From: Phoronis australis
Lineage: Eukaryota; Animalia; Phoronida
Direction of reading: 5' to 3'
NCBI GenBank assembly: GCA_002633005.1
Contig: NMRA01001231.1
Coordinates: forward strand, 1-37,212
Length of the DNA stretch: 37,212 nucleotides
Shown one piece after another: positions 12,341-23,740 of this stretch (positions within the stretch are counted from its first letter, which is position 1; each line of letters opens with the position of its first letter). A program made the translations under genes and the position numbers. Below the pieces are notes generated by a model, which was given only the letters and a program-made list of their open reading frames with translations, ran no database searches and had not been told where the DNA came from.

Positions 12341-14001
12341 GAGGAATAATCTATAAGGATAGAGTGTGTTGTCAGGGCCAATGTGAGGTAGTTGACAACA
12401 TTCATGGTTTACCACAATGTCCTGCTTACCTTGAGCTAAGGTCAGATATGATCAATACATTGAATATAGGATAGGAGAATATAGGGCACTGCCAAGTGGG
12501 AAGTGCTTCGCTAAATCTGCCTATACGATATCAACGATGTCAACAATGTTCCAATGTTAGTGATGAAGAAGCCGAAACGTGATAGACTCGCTGATTATTG
12601 CCAAGACCTGCTTATAAGAAGTTATACCGTTTGGTACACATCATTTTTGTTGTTCTCAGTTGCAAGGTTTCTAATACGTCCAGAAAGACACTGGCATTGT
12701 AATGTAATTCTGAAAATGTTTGAAAAGAATAAAACTAAAACTTATCTACCTATCTGTCTTCTTTTGTCCTCCATAAATGAGAAAGTCATACAAAAAAGAT
12801 TGAAGGGGAAATAAGCTTTTAGTAGATCGTATTTGATGGAACTATTCTGATATCTGTCATAACATAGTTTAGACACATCAGATATTCAAGTTATTTTAAT
12901 GTAATTAGGGAGGCATCAGAGTAATGTATTCTATAGCCAAGTTAATTTACGACGTTCCTGAAAATTAATTTTTGCACAATAAACCTGGCCAAAAATACCC
13001 TTCCATTCGTCACATCTGTGTGAAGCTTCATTTCTGCAACACCAATTACATGGCAAACTGTTCTGAGTTAGTTATCATCTTTTACGTCACCAATAATGTC
13101 AATAACCTATTACGGTAATCAAGGCTGATATGCAGATTGGTCAAGCAAACCAAGACTTACGTGTAGGCATATCTAAACATTCTCTTATTTTCATGGCATG
13201 CATTTGATGCTGGCCAAACGTCCAACCCGACAAAAGTACACAGGGTACTGTTGATCGAGGCATACTGCCCTTGTGAAGCACTTTTCAACAAGAATACAAT
13301 TTCATAGGAACGTTACTATAATTCTATGTCAAGTTAAGCTAAGTCTTCTTATTTCTTAGCATACATGAGGGGCCTGACAATATAATTAAAGCTGGTAAAA
13401 CAGCAAACTTACAAAACGATTAGTCAACTAGACATTTAGATGCTGAAGTTACCTTTAGAAGCAAACAATACATCAAACCACGCAAAACTTTAACCGACCA
13501 TTGTTTGTGGTGTGGGAACAGTTGCTAAGGCCATCATTCCGAATTAAAGATGATTATAAAATTTCAAGTAGCCCTGTTTCTGCGTGGAGAGAATGTACTA
13601 TGTAACCCAGTGTAACTTAATTCATACAGATTATATTGTCATCATATCCATCAGTGCAGCAGTTTAAGATAAAACTTTTGGACTGAATGCATCAGAGTAA
13701 AAACGAATGGATACAAATCCACTTAATGTCAATGGACCTTCAGAGGAAATGCTGTGAAGCATTAGAGCATGATACATTTCCGATTTCACAATTCCTTAAA
13801 CCATATTCGCAACATTTGGAAGAATATATTACAAAATGTTATCCACAGAAGTGACCACAGGACAATTGATCAAGAAACATTGAGTTCGCAAGAGAAGATT
13901 TGCAGTTTGAACAAATCAAATAAGTTGATTAATGGTTCTTGTGAAAGTGGTATACCGGTGAACACAGTTAATTTCTGAACTAGAGAAAAATATAGGCATA
14001 C

Positions 14002-14037
14002 CTCCACCTTCTCCACTTCCAGTTGGTTTAACGGTAT
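14002..14037 (-). CDS. 36-nt stalk micro-exon copy E: (D)TVKPTGSGEGG
   Basis: ctaaattatgatttacag|ATACCGTTAAACCAACTGGAAGTGGAGAAGGTGGAG|gtatgc. Confidence 0.68.
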
Positions 14038-14546
14038 CTGTAAATCATAATTTAGCTTTACATTAAATATTCCTGTAATAGTGTGGTCTCCACGCAAGTG
14101 ACGAAAAGTCACTGTGGGCCAATGAAACACGAAAACTTAATCTAGAGTGCTGAGTGTTGGTAGAATGGGTAGGGTACAGTTGACATCTATCTTGTGTTCA
14201 GAACGTCTATGCCACAAAAGGTGAGTTGCCAAGTTCAAACTCATGCCAGTCGTAATAGTTCACCTTCCAACAGCAAAGGGTTTTCTAGGGTTAAGGTTCT
14301 CGATCATACTGTAATAATCACTTTGCCAAACTTAAGTGAGACTATTGACATACAGACCCTGAATGCTGCGATATCACTCGGTATGAAAGTCTGAATATAC
14401 AGGTAGCTTTCTTTGCTTTCCCAGTATTTCTTACTTCTCACTTGGTCAAACACTCTTTTGAGAGTGGCATGTGGTTTGCCTACTTAATATATGATCTGTC
14501 TTCAGAGATTAAAGTTAATTTTGAGTTAGAGAAAAATATTTCATAC

Positions 14547-14582
14547 CTCCACCTTTTCCATTTTCTGTTGGCTTAACGGTAT
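14547..14582 (-). CDS. 36-nt stalk micro-exon copy D: (D)TVKPTENGKGG
   Basis: ctaaattatgatttacag|ATACCGTTAAGCCAACAGAAAATGGAAAAGGTGGAG|gtatga. Confidence 0.62.
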
Positions 14583-14988
14583 CTGTAAATCATAATTTAG
14601 TTGCACCATGAATATAATTATACAATGTACGTATCTATACTTCAAAGTCACTGCTCAAAAGAAACGAAAACGCAAGAGACAAAAGTTTATAGTGTGTGTA
14701 CAGGTATGTCTGCTTTTTCTTATACTAAATTGAAGAAATGAAACTAAACTTTAGCACCAAAGATGTTCACAAATTTCTATGTCTTAGTACCAAAAAACTT
14801 GTTGATCTGTTGTTAGAGGAGCCAGGATTGGGAATCCTGACATGTTTGACATAGTCATAGCGCCACCATGTGGATTAGCTTCTAAAAGGACCCATTGCAA
14901 CAAATTCCCTGGTGGAGCAGGAGTACTTTCCAACAAATGATGACCTAACAAAACTTGCGAAACATGTTCACAAAGAAGTCAGCCCCGA

Positions 14989-15158
14989 TGAGAGAAAGTT
15001 GGATAAACTCATAAGAAAAGTGGAATGTAGCCTTTTAGTAATGTGACTAAGAAAATTATTCAAATTAAAAAAACAGCTCGATAAGAGAAAGTTGGATAAA
15101 CTCATAAGAAAAGTGGACTGTAGCCGTGTGACTACGAAAATTCAACTTAAAAAACAGC
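14989..15158. repeat. Two-copy ~90-bp tandem duplication
   Basis: agagaaagttggataaactcataagaaaagtgga...gtgacta..aaaatt..caa.ttaaaaaa.cagc occurs twice. Confidence 0.85.
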
Positions 15159-15617
15159 CAAATAGGAAAATGAACATGCTTTTACAAGTTCCAAATAAAA
15201 GTCACCAAACTACCATTATGTAATTGAAATACCTTATAAATGCATTAGCGTAAAAGCAATAAAAAGACAGTTCTGATACTTGGGAAGGTAACAGCATTTC
15301 CCTGAGAGGTCCCTTCAACAGACTCTATTCGGTTTACTTCATTTCTTGCGCCATTTCCGCAACATTTGGAAAATTATACGTTTTCAACAATGTCATGGTA
15401 GTTTGGACATCGGGGCTTATAGCAATACCAACTAATGCCCGATGTAATCAATAGAAGAGATCATACTAACAATGTTCATCAGGAGAAACAAGGGGATTTG
15501 CAGTTTGGAAGAACAACTCCAATTGCATTGATAAGAAACAGGTGCTGTTGATGCTTGAAAGTGGGGTATTGTCTGCCTAATGTTAAGTTTATAAATTTGG
15601 GAGAAATATTGACATAC

Positions 15618-15653
15618 CTCCACCTTCTCCAATTCCAGTTGGCTTAATAGTGT
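15618..15653 (-). CDS. 36-nt stalk micro-exon copy C: (D)TIKPTGIGEGG
   Basis: ttgcag|ACACTATTAAGCCAACTGGAATTGGAGAAGGTGGAG|gtatgt. Confidence 0.65.
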
Positions 15654-15724
15654 CTGCAAATTACAATTAAGTTTTATATTAAGTATTCATATCTTTAAAA
15701 AGCAAAATTTGGTGCACAACAAAT

Positions 15725-15742
15725 GCGCCACTAGATGGCGCG
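15725..15742 (+). promoter_or_regulatory. CTCF-like motif GCGCCACTAGATGGCGCG in the micro-exon repeat unit (second copy 15958-15975)
   Basis: Matches the CTCF core consensus CCASYAGRKGGCRS; a GC island within an AT-rich intron. Motif match only. Confidence 0.4.
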
Positions 15743-15850
15743 AAATAAGCAGAATTTATGTAAAAATAGCAACATGTCATTGTTTCTTTAATGGAAAGCT
15801 ATTGCCTGCCTAATATTAAGTTTCTAAATTGGAGAAAAATATTGACATAC

Positions 15851-15886
15851 CTCTACCTTCTCCACTTCCAGTTGGCTTAATAGTGT
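15851..15886 (-). CDS. 36-nt stalk micro-exon copy B: (D)TIKPTGSGEGR
   Basis: Identical to copy A; cttaattgtaatttgcag| acceptor and |gtatgt donor. Confidence 0.65.
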
Positions 15887-16083
15887 CTGCAAATTACAAT
15901 TAAGTTTTACATTAAGTATTCATATCTTTAAAAAGCAAAATTTGGTGCACAACAAATGCGCCACTAGATGGCGCGAAATAAGCAGAATTTATGTAAAAAT
16001 AGCAACATGTCATTGTTTCTTTAATGGAAAGCTATTGCCTGCCTAATATTAAGTTTCTAAATTGGAGAAAAATATTGACATAC

Positions 16084-16119
16084 CTCTACCTTCTCCACTT
16101 CCAGTTGGCTTAATAGTGT
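16084..16119 (-). CDS. 36-nt stalk micro-exon copy A: (x)TIKPTGSGEGR
   Basis: ttgcag|ACACTATTAAGCCAACTGGAAGTGGAGAAGGTAGAG|gtatgt; phase 1-1, compatible with the C2 exon. The upstream intron runs into the N gap. Confidence 0.65.
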
Positions 16120-16129
16120 CTGCAAATTA

Positions 16130-16694
16130 NNNNNNNNNNNNNNNNNNNNNNNNNNNNNNNNNNNNNNNNNNNNNNNNNNNNNNNNNNNNNNNNNNNNNNN
16201 NNNNNNNNNNNNNNNNNNNNNNNNNNNNNNNNNNNNNNNNNNNNNNNNNNNNNNNNNNNNNNNNNNNNNNNNNNNNNNNNNNNNNNNNNNNNNNNNNNNN
16301 NNNNNNNNNNNNNNNNNNNNNNNNNNNNNNNNNNNNNNNNNNNNNNNNNNNNNNNNNNNNNNNNNNNNNNNNNNNNNNNNNNNNNNNNNNNNNNNNNNNN
16401 NNNNNNNNNNNNNNNNNNNNNNNNNNNNNNNNNNNNNNNNNNNNNNNNNNNNNNNNNNNNNNNNNNNNNNNNNNNNNNNNNNNNNNNNNNNNNNNNNNNN
16501 NNNNNNNNNNNNNNNNNNNNNNNNNNNNNNNNNNNNNNNNNNNNNNNNNNNNNNNNNNNNNNNNNNNNNNNNNNNNNNNNNNNNNNNNNNNNNNNNNNNN
16601 NNNNNNNNNNNNNNNNNNNNNNNNNNNNNNNNNNNNNNNNNNNNNNNNNNNNNNNNNNNNNNNNNNNNNNNNNNNNNNNNNNNNNNNNNNNNNN
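16130..16694. other. Assembly gap (565 N)
   Basis: Run of N. Confidence 1.
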
Positions 16695-17899
16695 AGTCAG
16701 ATTCCCAGCGGTTATAAAAGACCCGATGTCCCGAGACCGATATAATCCAGAACTGACGTTTTCCTGTTCCGATGTTTCCCGAGGTCGATGTTCTGTAAAC
16801 CCTGTATTCTATACCCGTAGCCAGCTGTTGCACCTAAACTGGCACTAGATGCGAAACTGTGGTTCAAGTTAGCGAACTTTTCATTCTTCTCTTTATACAC
16901 CCCCCTCCCCGGCAACTTTTCGCTCCCCGAACCACCGTCACCGTAAAATGTTCAGACTCCTATAGAAACAACCTTGTTCCGGCTGAAGCGGGCAGTTAAA
17001 AACAAAATCATTCCGGATGGGTAAAAAGGGTACAATGTAGGTGGTAACGATATCCAGAAAGTCACCCCTATACTAGATGGAGTTTGCCTCGCAAAATTGT
17101 ATTATTATAACCTTTCTTACCATTGCAGCGGTTTAATACCTTATTACCGCAAACACTGAGGTTAACGACTATGCTCACGCACGAACCTACTCCCTACCTT
17201 TAAAGTGTTTCATAATAAACGCTCCCTGATCTATTAAAAGTCTCCCCTTAAATTTTGAGAATTTCCAATTAAGCACCCACAGTTCAAGCTAGCGCCGATC
17301 GTAGCGCACTACAAACGACCGCGTGTGGTTTACAATTGACACGCAGCTTACAGTTTGTATATTGTGTGTCACTTTCATTTTACACAATTTCATTTTTCAA
17401 AAACGTCTTTTCACATTATTTAAAAATCAAATCCCGGCTTTGTTTTATACCTCGGAAAGAAAGTTAACACTAGTGATATGCGTGTCGTTTTGTGACTGAC
17501 CTATTTTTCCCGTACCCGGAAGGTATTGAGGAGCAAACTCGCCATTACCCGAGTTAGTTTGAATCGTTAACGACTTTGATGACAGCCAGTAGCAGGCCAG
17601 ATATAACAAAATCCCGGATACTTTTTCAACAGGCATTTTCTCCCTTTTCACATCGCAAATTTAGCTACTCGAATGCACAAGTCAGTTAGAGGGCAATGAT
17701 TCAACTTTCACGTCGGCAACTTGCCTTGCGCTCTAGAGTCTTTCAATGGCGGTCGTGAAGAACAGTAAGGCCGTACCTGCATGAATGAAGTCAATTTTGA
17801 GATCCGAAATTTGTGAGTATTTAACGCTGCAGGTAAGAGCATGATTTAAACATTTCCTCGATGATCTAAAGAAATCTGTTTTGGCGCGTAAAAATGGCG

Positions 17900-18013
17900 G
17901 GAAAATTTTGCGACCTGGCATTTACGAATGCGAGCTGGATTTTGAACATGCGACCTGGGATTTTGGCTAGGTCGCAAAATGCGACCTGGCGATTTTAATA
18001 GCGTCGAGCCCTG
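17900..18013. mobile_element. hAT-like element terminus (reverse complement CAGGGCTCGACGCTA) with TGCGACCTG subterminal repeats
   Basis: ...gcgtcgagccctg at 18001-18013 and four tgcgacctgg-like motifs; the other end is not seen. Confidence 0.5.
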
Positions 18014-19255
18014 TAATAGATGCCTAACTGCCAAATCTCATGAAAATCCATTGACGACCCTCTCGGATTCAGAGGTTCAAGGGGGCACACCTGTAGCATG
18101 ATCTGCCCCAAAGTCGTCATCCTCTGTTTTCAACTCTATAAAAATACATCAGAAAAATTCAATAAAGATCCTGCAGAGCATGTAAAAGATACAGCCATGG
18201 GCGAAAAAACAAACAAAACTGCCACTAGGAGAAGCCATAGTATTCCAAGCCATCGGAAAATCATCTTCAGCTGCCTTCTTCACAATAAGAATATATATGC
18301 CAATTTTCAAAATCATCCCTAAAGCGGTTTGGTTGAGAGAAAGGTGGATGCCAAAACACAGACTCAAAAAACAGTAAAAATGGCCACTAGGTGGTGCAAA
18401 GCACAACTGAATCCGTCCCGAAATGTGAGAATGGCATCATCTCACTAATAGATGTCTAACTACTAAATTTTATGAAAATCCATTGAGGACCTTCAAATCT
18501 ACAGAGGTAACCATAAAATATTAAAATTGCCAATAGGGGGCATACCAGTAGTCGGAGAGGTCCGAAATTCATCATCCGTTGTCACCTTCATCAGAACACA
18601 TCCTTCCAAATCTAATCAAGATCCTGTGAGGAGTTTAGAAGATACAGCCATGGGCGAAAAAGCAAACAAAGTATTCCAAGTCATCGGAAAATCATCGACA
18701 GCTCCGCTGAACACAGTAAGAACATAAGTCAATTTTCAAAATCATCCCTAGAGCGGTTTGATTGAGAGAACGGCAGACGCCAAAATAGAGACTAGAAAAC
18801 AGTAAAAAAATGGCCACTAGGTGGCGCAAATTACCTCAAATCCCTTTGAAAATGGGAGGATGGCATCATCTTACTAATAGATGCCTAACTCATAAATTTT
18901 ATGAAAATCTGTTGAGGGCAATCGAATATACAGAGATTAGCGTAAAAAACTAAAAGTGCCACTATGGGGCACACCGGTAGTCAGAGGTCCGAAATTCGTC
19001 ATCGCGTGTCGTCAGCTTCATAGAAACACATCTGCTAAATCTCATCAATATCCTGTGAGGGGTTTAGGAGATACAGCTGCGGAAGCCGGACGACAGACGC
19101 CGAATGCCCAGACAGAGATGACGGCAATATGCCACCACATATAAATTTATTTATTTACTTATTATTTATTATTGTGATATTTAAAATGAGGGTGGCCTCT
19201 TCAGTGATGGCTCTGCTTTCCAAGAGGACCCTCAAAATACGTGGGCGCACAAAAA
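18014..19255 (+). mobile_element. DINE-1/HINE (Helentron-associated)-like element, 5'-truncated, with ~430-bp internal tandem repeats
   Basis: Repeat units start near 18015, 18447 and 18876. The 3' end has a GACA-rich tract, a tgccaccacat...gtgggcgca hairpin and an A-run. Confidence 0.5.
19146..19233 (-). mobile_element. 3' tail fragment of an L2/Crack-like LINE (or derived SINE) inserted in the HINE hairpin loop
   Basis: Minus strand gagggtcctcttggaaagcag...ctgaagaggccaccctc stem followed by a (TAAA)n-like tail. Confidence 0.45.
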
Positions 19256-19488
19256 TGCTTTCACAATTTGAAAATAAAAATTAATCTTCAACCATATTAT
19301 TATAATGTAAACGAAATGTTGACTTCGTTTCAATAGCCATAGACACATCTATAAAAGGCATTAGAGTTAAAAAAAACACACACAGAAACACAACGTCCTT
19401 TCGAGTTAAGGACCCTCCTGTACGATAGATGTCAATGCACAGTCTATTCTGTTTTCCGCATTCGTAGCACCATATCCTCAAGATTTGG

Positions 19489-20903
19489 AACAAGAGCAAC
19501 GAGGAGCGTTGAAATGCGCCCATGAATGCACAGAAAACGGTTTTTCTCTAGGGTTGTTTATATGAAACACAAAAATAGTCATTAGATGCCAAAAATATGT
19601 CGAATCCACTCAAAAACCATCAAAGCTATCCAAATTTCATGAAATCCGCCAAGAAACTTCTGAGAAACCGAGAAAAACGAGAAAGGAACCTGTCACTAAA
19701 GAGGATATAGGTGCAAAAAACATAACTGTCATCAAGAGGCACCACAGTAAATAAAGTCGTCAGAAAATTGGACGACATCGTCACCTCACTAATATTCACT
19801 GTAGGCCTATGTGTCAAATTTTATGAAAATCCATTGACGAACTTTGAAGGTAAGCAGAAAAAAATAAAATTGCCACTAAGGGGCACACCAAAGTCAGAGA
19901 GGTCCGAAATTCGTCGTCATAGAAACGCATCTGCTAAATCTCATCAAGATAATGTGAGGGTTTAGGAGATGTCGCCATGAGAGCAAAAACAAATAAAGCT
20001 GCCACCAGGAGGGGCCACAGTACTCGAAGTTGTCGGAAAATTATTGTCAGATGCATTTGTAAAAACACATATGTCAATTTTCAAAATCATCACTGGAGCG
20101 GTTTGGTTGATAGAAGAGCAGACGCCAAAAACAGACTAGAAAACATTAAAATCGGCCACAGGGTGGCGCAAAGTACCTAAAATCTCTCCGAAAATGGACA
20201 GATGTCATCATCATCTTACAAATAGATTCAAATCAAATGTAAGGCAAATCCTTTGAGGACCTCCGAAAATACAGACTTTTCTGAGGTAAGTGTAAAAAAC
20301 TAGAGTTTCCGAAAATCGTCGTCGTCTTTCGCCATCTTCAAAGAAACACATCTGCTGAATCTAATCAAGATCCTCTGATTAGGAGATGCACTCATGGGCG
20401 CAAAAAACAACAGGTGCCACATTAGTCAAAGTCGTCGGAAAATCATCCTCAGCTGCCTTCTTCACTGTAAAAACATATACCCCCGTACGTCAGTTTTCAA
20501 AATCATCCCTAGAGCAGTTTGGTTGAAAGAAGCGCGGATGCCAAAATAGACTCAAAAACACTAAAAATTGCCACTAGGTGCCGCAAAAATACCTCAAATC
20601 TGTCCCAGAACAGACTGATGGCATCATCTCATTAATCCATTACGTAACTGCCAAATTTCACGAAAATCCGTTGAGGACCTCAGAAGATAAGGAAGTAAGT
20701 GTAAAGATTTAAATTTGCCACTAGGGGGCACACCGATAGCGGGAGAGATCCGAAATTTGTCGTCTGTTGTCAGCTTTATAGGAATACATCTGCCAAATTT
20801 TTATCACGATCCTGTGAGGATTTAGGAGATACAGCTGCAGACGCCGGACAACCAGACAGAGAAGACGGCAAATGCGAACACATGTAATGTGGGCGCATAA
20901 AAA
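19489..20903 (+). mobile_element. Second DINE-1/HINE-like element, with ~415-bp internal tandem repeats
   Basis: 5' aacaagagc...aaatgcgccca; units near 19808, 20221 and 20634 homologous to the first copy; 3' gacagagaagacggcaaatgcg...atgtgggcgcataaaaa|tttt. Confidence 0.55.
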
Positions 20904-21109
20904 TTTTTCAAATTGTCAAAATAGTTGGAACAGTCTTAAAGCAATGCTGTTCAACTGATGCCTGGTGTTTTCAATAGAAGTGATCACAAGACAGTACCGG
21001 TTCATCAGAGATTTTTCAAAACTGTCGTATCTTACTGATAAGTTCAAGACGTTAGTGTTCGAATTTTAGAACTGTAGGTGAAGGCACTTTTCGCATGTAC
21101 GTACGGTAA

Positions 21110-21195
21110 TCATGGACTGGGCGCTTATTTTAGCAAAGATTGCAAACGCTTGGGGTTGGTTACAGGGGCATGGGCGCTTATTACACCAAATACGG
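21110..21195. mobile_element. Terminal fragment of a TA-flanked CCGTA-type (Tc1/mariner-pogo-like) element
   Basis: gggcgcttatt repeats ending ...ccaaatacgg|TA. Confidence 0.45.
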
Positions 21196-23118
21196 TAAAA
21201 CAAAATGTTAATTTAATGAACTTATTTTTTGTTGGTACCTTGTGTTTCTAAAAAATGCTTAGCCTTCGGTAAAATGATGCAAAAATATCCATACAAAAAG
21301 TTCCTAAGGTAATCTAGAGCATAATAACAAGACCTAAAGGAAGTCATGTCAAGTTGCTTTTGCGTTGGAATCAACGTGTTATTTCTGCTCTGACCTGCCA
21401 GGCTGTGTTTGGTGTTGAAAAAGCTGATAGTAGGCATTTTTAAACGTTAGGAACCTGCCGCCTACTTTACCGAGCACTTTTTCACATCCTCACTGTAGTA
21501 GTCACTCGTTTTGTGTTTTTCAGTGCATTGAGTCATTGGGTGGCTTGTATGAAGTGATTTCATAGCAATCATTGTCTCATCTTTCATATTTTTGTTCCCC
21601 AGGACCTTTTTAAGATTGGGCTTTTCTTTTTCTGCTGAGCCTCGAGGAAAGTAAACCGGCGTTTAGAAAGGATAGAGGAAACTGTTGGAGACATTGGGAA
21701 GAACAGAGGGATGCAACTGGAAGAAGAATAAATACATGTATCTGATGGAATATTCTCTGAAACTCAAAAATGCCACTGTGGATCAAAAAATTCATAAATG
21801 TACCTGCGGGTACTGTGATAACACATCACCATTATTACGTATTTACGTGGGCATGGGTCAGAAACATCAACAACATGGCCCAGAAAATACGTTTGTACAA
21901 GCTGAGGGTGAGCTCTAATTTAAAAAAATGATTGAAATGCATTCTCATTACAGTGATGATTGGTAATGCTTTAAACTTTATTTCACATTTGATATTTTGA
22001 CAGCCACATTTGCTTATTTAAGTTTTGAGTTAGTATTCTATTTAACACATAACAACCATTTTACCATTTTCCTGATAACTAACAGCTGTCAAATACAAAA
22101 TGATTATCACTTTCATTCCCATCTATATTGCTTACCTTCTAATGGAAGTGAAGATTTTGGGGGTTGTTTCATAATCTTTAATCAAGTGTATTGGAAAGTT
22201 AAAATCCTAGAGTATATTCGTAGCATAGGCCCACCTGTGATGATTCCGTGCAAATAGTCAGTAAGTACATTTTAATTACATTGAATTAGTAGCAAAGACC
22301 AATATACATGTAGCTTAAATACTGCAAATGTATGAATTATTCTGAATTGATATCTTAGTAACAACAAAAAATTTATTACTAGAAATTCAGAGTGTACATT
22401 CGTCATTAACTCCATCATTAACTCAACTTAAACATGCATCAAGCTGCCTCACAAAAAATTCTTAGAAAATATCCTCAAAAAATTATTTTGTTGTACTTTG
22501 CAAACATTCCACTGAGTCATTATGTAAAACAAAAAATGTAACTTGATGCCACTCACAGAAAATCAACGTCAACAATTAAAAAAAATTCCAATTCTCTTCG
22601 CTTGTCTGTCACACATAAGGCAATTTTCTCAGTCAGACCAAACGTTAGGGTAAAATCTGATCCTATGAAAGCTATCAATGACTGTACACCTATCAATTGA
22701 TATAATAGTTATTTTCCTAACATGAATGTCCCCAGATGGAATTGCCGTAAGCCATTTTAGTCATACTGTTATTAGAATTTTACCAATAGTAATTTTTATT
22801 ATGATGACAGGAAAATGCCATGTTGTCTTATTACTTTTGCATTGTATTGTATATTCTGGTCAGTTGTTCACTAGACTATATGGAGTAAGCTGTAATCTGG
22901 CGTTCGAAACGTGGATTATTTGGGACATTCAGATGACCTATTTTCTACGCCATGTGACTCAATCATGCCGTCAATCAGATCCAACACTACGCTTTACCTT
23001 AACAAACAGAAATAAGGCTCTTCTGTGTATCTATTTGTTATACGATAGTAATTTCATAAACATGGTCGGTGGACATTCACGCAGAAGGCCATTACCGCCA
23101 GAAGTCCAGAAGCAAATT

Positions 23119-23166
23119 CAGCAACACACAGCAACACACAGCAACACACAGCAACACACAGCAACA
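23119..23166. repeat. (CAGCAACACA)n 10-bp tandem repeat, ~4.7 copies
   Basis: Seen directly. Confidence 0.95.
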
Positions 23167-23740
23167 AATGAATTAAAAAAACCCAGCCAGATGTTTAAGT
23201 TTGGTCGACACAATGGCAATGTGGTCAAAGTCTGTAAAGAACTTAGCCTTGAACATAACAGAAATTAATTTACAAACAAATTATCTTCAATTTCTTTGAT
23301 ATTGATAGAAACAAGCAAATACAACCACAATTGCAAACAGGAACCGAACACATAATTGCACAGAGCTCATAGCGACGAGTCTAGGGATCATTTTTTCCAC
23401 CTGCAATTCCTGGTTTTGAGGTAGGAAATTTTGGAAGTTGAAATTGTTAACTCTGGCATTTTCTAGCAGTCAATTGGTTAAAGTTGTGGTGAAACGTAGA
23501 GAGAATGCTATTGTAACAAATGTGAAGATACTAGTTCCCCAAGACTGCAAATATACAACATATGAAATAAAGGTCATGAAGGAAACGTAAAACTATGCAT
23601 TGCCAACGGGGATTAAAAAGCAGCCCTATGTTTCTTGGAGGTTGCAATAGAATCGTGGCTCAGTACAACAACTTCCTAAGTAATGCAAATTGTTGCCTAC
23701 AGCAGGAATAAGTACCATGACAGTTAAAATAACAACTTAC

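Larger units (their letters stand above)
15570..16129. repeat. 233-bp tandem repeat (micro-exon + intron unit), at least 2.4 copies, running into the gap
   Basis: Exon ends at 15618, 15851 and 16084 (period 233). The two complete 197-nt introns differ at one position seen (gttttatatt vs gttttacatt). Confidence 0.95.

Noticed and set aside
14002-16119. 36-nt repeats separated by longer sequences, superficially CRISPR-like
   Set aside because: Eukaryotic context, spacers are 197-1035 nt and homologous to each other, no cas genes, and the repeats carry splice signals.
16057-16833. 258-aa and 227-aa ORFs in the ORF track
   Set aside because: Artefacts of translating through the N gap.
22726-23268. 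180-aa plus-strand ORF
   Set aside because: No recognisable domain, includes a 10-bp tandem repeat, antisense within an intron; likely chance.
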